NCBI GenBank assembly: GCA_015488875.1
Contig: WFMX01000233.1
Coordinates: 1 to 26,560, forward strand
Source of the DNA: Campylobacterota bacterium
Lineage (GTDB): Bacteria; Campylobacterota; Campylobacteria; Campylobacterales; Sulfurovaceae
Length of the DNA: 26,560 nt
Direction of reading: 5' to 3'
The notes under the pieces were generated by a model. That model saw nothing but the letters and a program-made list of their open reading frames with translations, did not search any database and had not been told where the DNA came from. Made by a program: the position numbers and the translations under genes. Below, in pieces: positions 19,679 to 26,560 of the stretch (positions are counted from its first letter, which is position 1; each line of letters opens with the position of its first letter).

Positions 19679-20707
19679 TTACACCATCATCACAAAGCCA
19701 GTGATGACGATATTGATAACTGCTATAGGCATCAAAACTTTCCAACATAGCCACATCAATTGATCTGGTCTAATATGTGGCCAAGATGCTCTCACCCACA
19801 ACATCAAAAAGAATATAAATGCTATCTTCAAAATCACTATAAGCCAACCAGCAATAAAGCCAAGATCATTATACCCACCCATGAACATGACTGCTGCTAT
19901 GACAGAGACTGTGATCATATTGGCATACTCGCCGATAAAAAACATACCCCATCTCATACCAGAGTACTCCGTAGCATATCCAGATATCACCTCTGCTTCA
20001 TTCTCTAGTAGATCAAATGGTGTTCTATTGGTCTCTGCAAAACCTGCTATAAGAAATAGTATGAATGCTACAGGCTGTTGCCAGACCATCCAAGATGCAA
20101 ATCCACCAGTTTGATACTCATTGAAATCCACTAAAGATAGAGAGCCTACCAGCATAATAGGTGCGAGTATAGATAGACCAGTCACAACTTCATAGCTGAG
20201 AAACTGTATAGCCGTTCTAGCACTACCGATGATACCCCACTTATTTGCTTGTGCCATACCAGCTAGTAGCGGACCATATAGCCCTGCTGCCATCATACCA
20301 AGTATAAATAACACACCTACATTGATATCTGCCGCTATAGATGGCACAAAGACACCACCTAGAAGTGGTATCCATTCAGGTATAGTAAAGTCAGGAAATA
20401 CAGGAACTGCTGCCAATGCTATAAAGGCTGTAGCTGCTGTAATAGACGGAGCTATTTGAAATATCAACTTATTGGCATTTTGAGGGACGATATCCTCTTT
20501 GGTGAAGAGTTTGATACCATCTGCTGCAATCTGCAAGAGTCCAAAGGGACCGACATGCATTGGCCCTAGTCGTCTCTGCATAAATGCCAAAACTTTTCTC
20601 TCAAGATAGGTACCAAAACCCGCTACTGCTGAGATAATGGCTAGGATGATAATCGCTTTGATTATCACACCAGCACTTGTCACTTCAGGTAATACTGCTA
20701 TTTCCAT
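19679..20707 (-). CDS. nuoH: Complex I subunit H
   Basis: ERKVLAFMQRRLGP, QIAADGIKLFTKE, ETNRTPFDL and GYATEYSGMRW. Confidence 0.97.
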   Translation of the reverse strand: MEIAVLPEVTSAGVIIKAIIILAIISAVAGFGTYLERKVLAFMQRRLGPMHVGPFGLLQIAADGIKLFTKEDIVPQNANKLIFQIAPSITAATAFIALAAVPVFPDFTIPEWIPLLGGVFVPSIAADINVGVLFILGMMAAGLYGPLLAGMAQANKWGIIGSARTAIQFLSYEVVTGLSILAPIMLVGSLSLVDFNEYQTGGFASWMVWQQPVAFILFLIAGFAETNRTPFDLLENEAEVISGYATEYSGMRWGMFFIGEYANMITVSVIAAVMFMGGYNDLGFIAGWLIVILKIAFIFFLMLWVRASWPHIRPDQLMWLCWKVLMPIAVINIVITGFVMMV

Positions 20708-20709
20708 AT

Positions 20710-23166
20710 CTACACCTCTCTTATTGTTACTGTTTTAAATCTATCTCTACCAAATAGCGAATAGATATCTTTTGTGCTTTTGAAGTCAGGAATCTTGACG
20801 ATATCGCCACCCATCCTCTCATCTACAACTACGCCACACACTAAAACCTCACCACCGAAATCTATCTCTACCTTCTCTCCGAGGAGTTGGGCTTTTGATG
20901 GACTAGCATAGAGAGAGAATGTCTCAAATATCTGATGTGCCTTATCTGTGAAATCACTAAACTGTCTTTGTGGATTGCATCTATACGCTATTTCACCATC
21001 AAGACTAAGTGTCTCATCAAATTTTTCTACTTTTACAGATCCAGCTCTCTTGCCAATATTTTTGAGTAGATAGCCCCTGTTTTCTTCTCCGCTATTTGTG
21101 TATCCATTTGGTAGAGCGTCAAATTCGATCGCTTGGAAGCCTTTTTTGTTGCCTAACATCTCTGTCCAATGAATTGTAAGTTTTCTACCTGACTTCAACG
21201 CACTCATAAGGTCGTTTAATTCATAGCCGTTATACTCAAGTGCTGCATTTGTAGGTACTACTCTTTTATTCATATTGGTGAGTGTACCCTCTTGCTGATT
21301 CATAGCTGGCATATCCAAATCACCATCACCCAATGCACTAAGTCTAAAGTCGCCTGCTTCATTGTATCCTACAGTATAACCATTGGCACTCTCATCGAGG
21401 TCACATATGAGAGCGACACCTAGAGAGTTGGTCTTTGGTGGTATCATCGCCACCTTCATACCACAAGCACTCTCTATGAGAGATACTAGAGTAGCCAAAT
21501 TTGTAGCTTTTGGATGGAAATATAGATCTTCGCCTACTATAAGGGCAAAATCCTCTTTCTTTTTCATCATTTTTGCAAATTTGTCAGCAAAATCGTCAGC
21601 ACCACCGAGGAGAGTCACTAGAGCATTTTCATTTACCTCTACCTCTTTCTCTACCATCTTAGGTATTTTTTTGCTGACCTCTTTACTCTCTCCTGTCTCA
21701 GAGTCTATTACTGTCTCTGTGACACTCTCCATAACCTTCTCTTTGACTATCTTTGTCCCTTTAGTATGGAACGACTCTATATAATCGATAGTCTCTTGAG
21801 GTAGCTTATCTCTATCTGCAAAAAGATCAAGTATGAGATATAATGCTGCCTCTTCAAGTCCTGCTTTGTGATAGAAGCACTCTACACTCTTGCCCAATCC
21901 CTCTATGACTTTGTCACCTACTGGGTGGAAGTAGAGTCCTGCACCTTTGTTCATCTTTTGGATATTGTTGAATGCATATCTTGCATTTGGATTATCATTT
22001 CTCAGAGATGCACCGACACTTATGACAAAGTCAGAACTCATTATCTCTTTGAAATCACTACCATAAAGGAGTTTACCTGCTGGTCTTCCATATGCTCTCA
22101 AGAAGTTTTGAAATGCGTAAGCATCTGGATTGACAAGCTTAGTGCCAAACTTCTCTTTGAGAGTCTGTAGCATCAACGCCTCTTCATTGGTGATGACAGA
22201 GTTAAATCTGATACTATCAGCTTTTTGAAGTGCTTCTACTGCTCTATCAAATGCCTCTATATCTTTGCCCTCAACTCTATTTTCAAAATCATAGCCAAAT
22301 CTACCTGCACCGCATAGAGATACATAGTTCCACTCATTGGTGACACGATATATCTTCTCTGTAGAGTCTTCTATAGATGTCGGCTTAGTCTCATAGTATA
22401 TTTGACAACCACTACTACAGTGAGCACAGGTGGCAGGTGTCCGCTTCAAATCCCATGCATTTGTAGTGTAGACAAAATCTCGACTCACCAAGGCACCCAC
22501 AGGACATACAGCTACACACTCACCGCAATCACTACAATTTGTCTCACCTGTACCATTGCTAGGCACTATGACAGATTTTTGTAGTTTGTTCCACATAGAG
22601 TAGGCATCTTTTGGCATAGACTCTTTGAGACCTTTATCGAGAGTCGCTCCACCTCTAGGTCCTGTTTTGATGGCAGCATCACCTATCATGTCTTTACAGA
22701 CCGTAGTACATCTCTCACATACGATACATAGACCTGCATCATAGTGAAGTACGCTACTCCAATTGGTTGACTCTCTTTTGCTGTCTGGTATCATGTAGCT
22801 TTGAGAGTCTACACCCATCTCTAAGGTATAGTTCTGTAGCTCACACTCACCACTCTGGTCACAAACGCCACATTGAAGCGGATGATTTACATCATACACT
22901 TCCATAATGGCTCGACGCTCTTCGAGGATCTCCTCTGTAGTCGTCGTGACATCCATCCCATCTTTTGCTTTGGCATTACAAGCGTATACTCTCTTGCCAT
23001 CTGCCTCTACAAGACATATGCGACAAGCTAGTGTTGGCGAACAACGCGTTAGATAGCAGATAGCTGGAATGAAGATATCGTTTGCTCTAGCAGCATTGAG
23101 TATATATTCACCCTCTTGGGTCTTATACTCAACACCATCGATTTTGATTGTTATTTCGTTACTCAT
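20710..23166 (-). CDS. nuoG: Complex I subunit G, copy 1 (Campylobacterales-type, adjacent to nuoH)
   Basis: [2Fe-2S] motif (ICY...CRIC...C), HPLQCGVCDQSGEC, two CxxCxxCxxxC motifs, CAHCSSGC...C, and a degenerate molybdopterin-binding-fold C-terminus. It carries the SMPKDAYSMW insert that I recognise from Helicobacter/Campylobacter NuoG. Confidence 0.92.
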   Translation of the reverse strand: MSNEITIKIDGVEYKTQEGEYILNAARANDIFIPAICYLTRCSPTLACRICLVEADGKRVYACNAKAKDGMDVTTTTEEILEERRAIMEVYDVNHPLQCGVCDQSGECELQNYTLEMGVDSQSYMIPDSKRESTNWSSVLHYDAGLCIVCERCTTVCKDMIGDAAIKTGPRGGATLDKGLKESMPKDAYSMWNKLQKSVIVPSNGTGETNCSDCGECVAVCPVGALVSRDFVYTTNAWDLKRTPATCAHCSSGCQIYYETKPTSIEDSTEKIYRVTNEWNYVSLCGAGRFGYDFENRVEGKDIEAFDRAVEALQKADSIRFNSVITNEEALMLQTLKEKFGTKLVNPDAYAFQNFLRAYGRPAGKLLYGSDFKEIMSSDFVISVGASLRNDNPNARYAFNNIQKMNKGAGLYFHPVGDKVIEGLGKSVECFYHKAGLEEAALYLILDLFADRDKLPQETIDYIESFHTKGTKIVKEKVMESVTETVIDSETGESKEVSKKIPKMVEKEVEVNENALVTLLGGADDFADKFAKMMKKKEDFALIVGEDLYFHPKATNLATLVSLIESACGMKVAMIPPKTNSLGVALICDLDESANGYTVGYNEAGDFRLSALGDGDLDMPAMNQQEGTLTNMNKRVVPTNAALEYNGYELNDLMSALKSGRKLTIHWTEMLGNKKGFQAIEFDALPNGYTNSGEENRGYLLKNIGKRAGSVKVEKFDETLSLDGEIAYRCNPQRQFSDFTDKAHQIFETFSLYASPSKAQLLGEKVEIDFGGEVLVCGVVVDERMGGDIVKIPDFKSTKDIYSLFGRDRFKTVTIREV

Positions 23167-23167
23167 C

Positions 23168-25441
23168 TTAACTGTCCATTTTTTCTAGTTTGGATTTACT
23201 AAATCTATAATAGGATACCGAAGTGCTACTTAAGCCCATATCATAAGTAGGGTTTATAGCAACGGTCCCTTTCATAGATGTGTCAATCTTAAACACTCTC
23301 TGATACTCAGTACCATCAATCTCAAAAATTACTCTATCACCATCATCCAATTTTGCGACCGTTGCGAACTGTGAAGAACCTCTCAAGGAAGCTTCTCTAT
23401 TTAGCTGCTCTGTCATATTTGTAAATGGAGAAAATTGACTCCCTGTATCACATCTATATATGACTACACCATCATAGGTAGGTAGATCAGAGATATCAGC
23501 CAACTCTACTCTCTTTGGAACTTTTTCATTTTCTAGTAGATACCCCCTATGCTCGCTTCCATCTATGTCAAAGTAGTCAGGTAGAGAGTCAAACTCTATT
23601 TGGCTGTAACCTTTAGCTATAGGTAGTTGTTTTGTATAGCTGATAGTATACTTCTTCTTCAGCCCCAAGCTATTCATAATATCGTTGAGTACATATCCAC
23701 CATAAGGTAGTGCCACATGTGTAGGGACTAGCCTCTTGTCTATGGAGGTGAAGCTACCCTCCTGCTGATTGAGTGCTGGCATATCCATATCACCACCACC
23801 CATGGAGCTAAGTATATAATCACCTTTTGTATTGTAACCTATCGTATATCCTAATGCCTCATCATCAAGCTCGCATATGAGTGATACACCCAAGGCATTG
23901 GTGGCTGGTGGTACTACTATCAATTCAAAATCACTGTGGGTCTCTATGACACCCAAAAGTCTCGCTATATTCTCAGCTTTAGGATGCTCATATAGATCAG
24001 CACCCACTACTAGAGTGAAGTCTGATTTTTTGAGTAGACCTTTAGCTAATTGCTCTAACTCCTCTTCACCTATGTTACTCTCTGCACTTAGATTACCTAC
24101 ATCAAGATCAGATAGATATTTGGATATCTTGACTGGCAACTCTCTACCATCTAGTAGAGTCTTTGCAAGTAATGCCACTACACCCTCTTCGCTCCCAACC
24201 TCGTACTTCATAAATTGCGTTATGATATTTGAGATAGATGGATCCTCTATAGGGTGCATATATGTGATCTTGGCTCTCTTTCGTTTACTAGCCATAGTGA
24301 TATGATATTTGACCATCGGAGCATCGTCATTGACTCTGCTACCTAGGACTATAATACCTTTAGAGTGACTCAGTTTTTTGAGATCTCCACTATAGAGGGA
24401 GTGACCTGTAGTAGTAGCTAGGGCATTCATAAACTTTTGATAAGCTCTAGCTTCACTACAGATTAGCTTTACTCCACTTCTCTCTCTAAATTTCTGGAAT
24501 ATAAGAGCCTCTTCATTGGTGATGTTCGCAGAGAAGCTGATAGTTTCAGATTTTCTAAAGGCGTTTAGTGTCTCTTCAAACTTCTCTATATCTTTTTCAA
24601 CGCCTCTATTTCCAAAATCATATCCAAATCTACCTGCCCCACACAGTGAACTAAACTCATAGTTGTTTGTAACTCTGTAGATTTTAGTGTCATGGTTTGC
24701 TATAGACTCTGGCTTGACCTCGTAGCTCATTTGGCATGCTGCACTACAGTGACTACAAGAGGCTGGTATCTTCTCTAGCTCCCAAGCATTGGCACTATAT
24801 TTGAAATCTGTGCTTACCAATGCTCCCACAGGACAGACAGACATACACTCACCGCAGTTACTGCACTCTTGACCCTGTTTTGTGTTGATGATAGTAGAGT
24901 TGTATCCGCCTACAGATATAGCCAATACATTGTCGCCGACTATCTCATTGCACACATGGACACACTTTTCACACATGATACATAGTGCAGGATCGTATGA
25001 TATGAAACCCCAATCTTGCACTGGTCTATGCTGATCCCTAGCGGTAAAATCTTGTTGATTTATACCAAACTCCATAGTCTTGTTTTGGAGGTCACACTCC
25101 CCACTCTTGTCGCATACCCCACACTCAAGTGGGTGATTGACATCATAGAGTTTCATGATGTTCTCTCTCTGCTCATGTATCTCATCGTTTGTAGTAGTGA
25201 TGACTGCACCATCAGTAGCTTTCTCTTGACAAGAGAGTATCATACCCTCTACGCCCTCTACGGCTACTACACACATACGACAAGATGCTATAGGCTCTAC
25301 CTTTGTGAGATAACACATAGTAGGTATATATATGCTATTTGCCCTAGCTATATCTAGTATAGTCTGACCAAATTGTGCTTCACATCTCTTGCCATCTATG
25401 GTCACTGTAATCGTTTTGGTTTTGTTGTTTCGTGCTGTCAT
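23168..25441 (-). CDS. nuoG: Second NuoG-like multi-Fe-S protein (tandem paralogue)
   Basis: Same cluster set as copy 1 (MCY...CRMC...C; HPLECGVCDKSGEC; CIMCEKCVHVC; CSNCGECMSVCP; CSHCSAAC...C). The start was moved from 25498 to ATG 25441, immediately after the upstream TGA (25443-25445). Confidence 0.88.
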   Translation of the reverse strand: MTARNNKTKTITVTIDGKRCEAQFGQTILDIARANSIYIPTMCYLTKVEPIASCRMCVVAVEGVEGMILSCQEKATDGAVITTTNDEIHEQRENIMKLYDVNHPLECGVCDKSGECDLQNKTMEFGINQQDFTARDQHRPVQDWGFISYDPALCIMCEKCVHVCNEIVGDNVLAISVGGYNSTIINTKQGQECSNCGECMSVCPVGALVSTDFKYSANAWELEKIPASCSHCSAACQMSYEVKPESIANHDTKIYRVTNNYEFSSLCGAGRFGYDFGNRGVEKDIEKFEETLNAFRKSETISFSANITNEEALIFQKFRERSGVKLICSEARAYQKFMNALATTTGHSLYSGDLKKLSHSKGIIVLGSRVNDDAPMVKYHITMASKRKRAKITYMHPIEDPSISNIITQFMKYEVGSEEGVVALLAKTLLDGRELPVKISKYLSDLDVGNLSAESNIGEEELEQLAKGLLKKSDFTLVVGADLYEHPKAENIARLLGVIETHSDFELIVVPPATNALGVSLICELDDEALGYTIGYNTKGDYILSSMGGGDMDMPALNQQEGSFTSIDKRLVPTHVALPYGGYVLNDIMNSLGLKKKYTISYTKQLPIAKGYSQIEFDSLPDYFDIDGSEHRGYLLENEKVPKRVELADISDLPTYDGVVIYRCDTGSQFSPFTNMTEQLNREASLRGSSQFATVAKLDDGDRVIFEIDGTEYQRVFKIDTSMKGTVAINPTYDMGLSSTSVSYYRFSKSKLEKMDS

Positions 25442-25442
25442 A

Positions 25443-26560
25443 TCACACCGCCACCATTGATATATAGTAGCACCGCATGCATCTCTCAGCTTCTGCAAGT
25501 GCCTCTTCTCCAGTAAACCCTAGATTTACCTCTCTGTTATTATCTTTTCTCTCATCTACTCCGAGCTTCTCACTCTCTGCTCTAGGCAAGCCAGGCATCC
25601 ATCCAGTGATTTTCTCGTTTTTGTCATAGACTTTCAACGCCTCTAAGTGATCCTCCATGATCTCATCATCAGTGAGCGACACCTTTCCATCATATATATA
25701 TCTGCTTATGACAGATGATGCTCTCTTGGCTTGACCGACCGCATTGACTATCGTCATAGGACCATATTCACAATCACCCGCAGCGAAGAGTCCTGCTCTA
25801 CTGGTCATAAAATCCTTGCCGTTTGTAAGGATGGTACTCCACGATGTCATCTTGATATCCCACTCTTCAGGTATGAGCTGAAGGTCGGCTGCTTGCGATA
25901 CAGCAGGTATGAGGTAGTCACACTCTATCTCGAAATCGCCATCATCTATCTTGACGAGTTGAGCTCTACCACCATTTGGATCTGGCACTAGTTCGAACTT
26001 ATTTACAAGCAATTTCTCTAACTGATTGTCAGTATCATATATCTTCTCTACAGCAGAGTGAAATATAAACTCTACTCCCTCCTCTACTGCTTCGTGATAC
26101 TCTTCATAGGTGGTATTTCTGATGATAGTTTTTTCATCTCTACGATATATCATTATCACCTTTTTAGCACCATCACGGATAGCACATCGCACTACATCCA
26201 TGGAAGTAAATCCACCACCTACGCAGACCACAACTTTATCTTTGAGTTCGTTGGAAGCTGGTGAGCCTATGCCATATTTCGTCCATAAATTTACTTTGTC
26301 AAGCATATCTATAGCACCCCAATATCCATCCATGTCTGGTCGCTCATTTTCAGCTCTGACCTTCTTGGATAGTCTAGTACCAAATGATAGTAGCGTAGCA
26401 TCATACTCTCTATCTATCTCTTTGAGTCTAGTAGAGTCTACTCTATGGTTGCTATATACTGTCACCGCATCCATAGATGTGACCAACTCTATATCTTTGT
26501 TGTATCTATCTATAGGCATTCGATACTCTGGTACACCCACTGCAACTTCACCACCCAAAA
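25443..26560 (-). CDS. GltD/SfrB/NfnB-like FAD-dependent NAD(P)H oxidoreductase; 5' part lies outside the window
   Basis: GVPEYRMP, second Rossmann VGGGFTSMD, the YRR NADPH-type motif, GLFAAGD..GP.TIVNAVGQAK, and C-terminal EAERCMRC. The ORF is open to the window edge. Confidence 0.88.
   Translation of the reverse strand, partial: LGGEVAVGVPEYRMPIDRYNKDIELVTSMDAVTVYSNHRVDSTRLKEIDREYDATLLSFGTRLSKKVRAENERPDMDGYWGAIDMLDKVNLWTKYGIGSPASNELKDKVVVCVGGGFTSMDVVRCAIRDGAKKVIMIYRRDEKTIIRNTTYEEYHEAVEEGVEFIFHSAVEKIYDTDNQLEKLLVNKFELVPDPNGGRAQLVKIDDGDFEIECDYLIPAVSQAADLQLIPEEWDIKMTSWSTILTNGKDFMTSRAGLFAAGDCEYGPMTIVNAVGQAKRASSVISRYIYDGKVSLTDDEIMEDHLEALKVYDKNEKITGWMPGLPRAESEKLGVDERKDNNREVNLGFTGEEALAEAERCMRCYYISMVAV

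Noticed and set aside
20710-25441. NuoG copies as molybdo- or seleno-enzymes (formate dehydrogenase alpha subunit), suggested by the nearby moa genes
   Set aside because: No in-frame TGA, no recognisable Mo-ligand/active-site motif, and the C-terminal molybdopterin-binding fold looks degenerate as in NuoG.

Overview
The window is mostly housekeeping DNA from a Campylobacterota (epsilonproteobacterium), most likely Sulfurovum-like. This assignment is inferred from gene content, gene order and protein style. In order along the window: a 36-aa unannotated ORF convergent with a moaD-moaE-moeA molybdopterin operon; a divergent mqnA; tRNA-Met(CAT); groES-groEL with a consensus sigma70 promoter and a HAIR-like operator; two tandem membrane-anchored degenerate-GGDEF/EAL proteins; xseA; ubiE/menG; an orphan PglK-type ABC flippase; and the distal part of a complex I operon (nuoG-H-I-J-K-L-M-N). 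The most unusual element is the electron-input end of that operon. It has two full-length NuoG paralogues in tandem, preceded by a circularly permuted GltD/SfrB-type NADPH flavoprotein (truncated by the window edge) instead of an adjacent canonical NuoF. Other points of interest are a structured repeat/hairpin element between moaE and moeA and an apparently active plus pseudo c-di-GMP phosphodiesterase pair. No CRISPR array, rRNA, integrase or transposase was seen. No database searches were run, so all family calls come from recognising motifs by eye.
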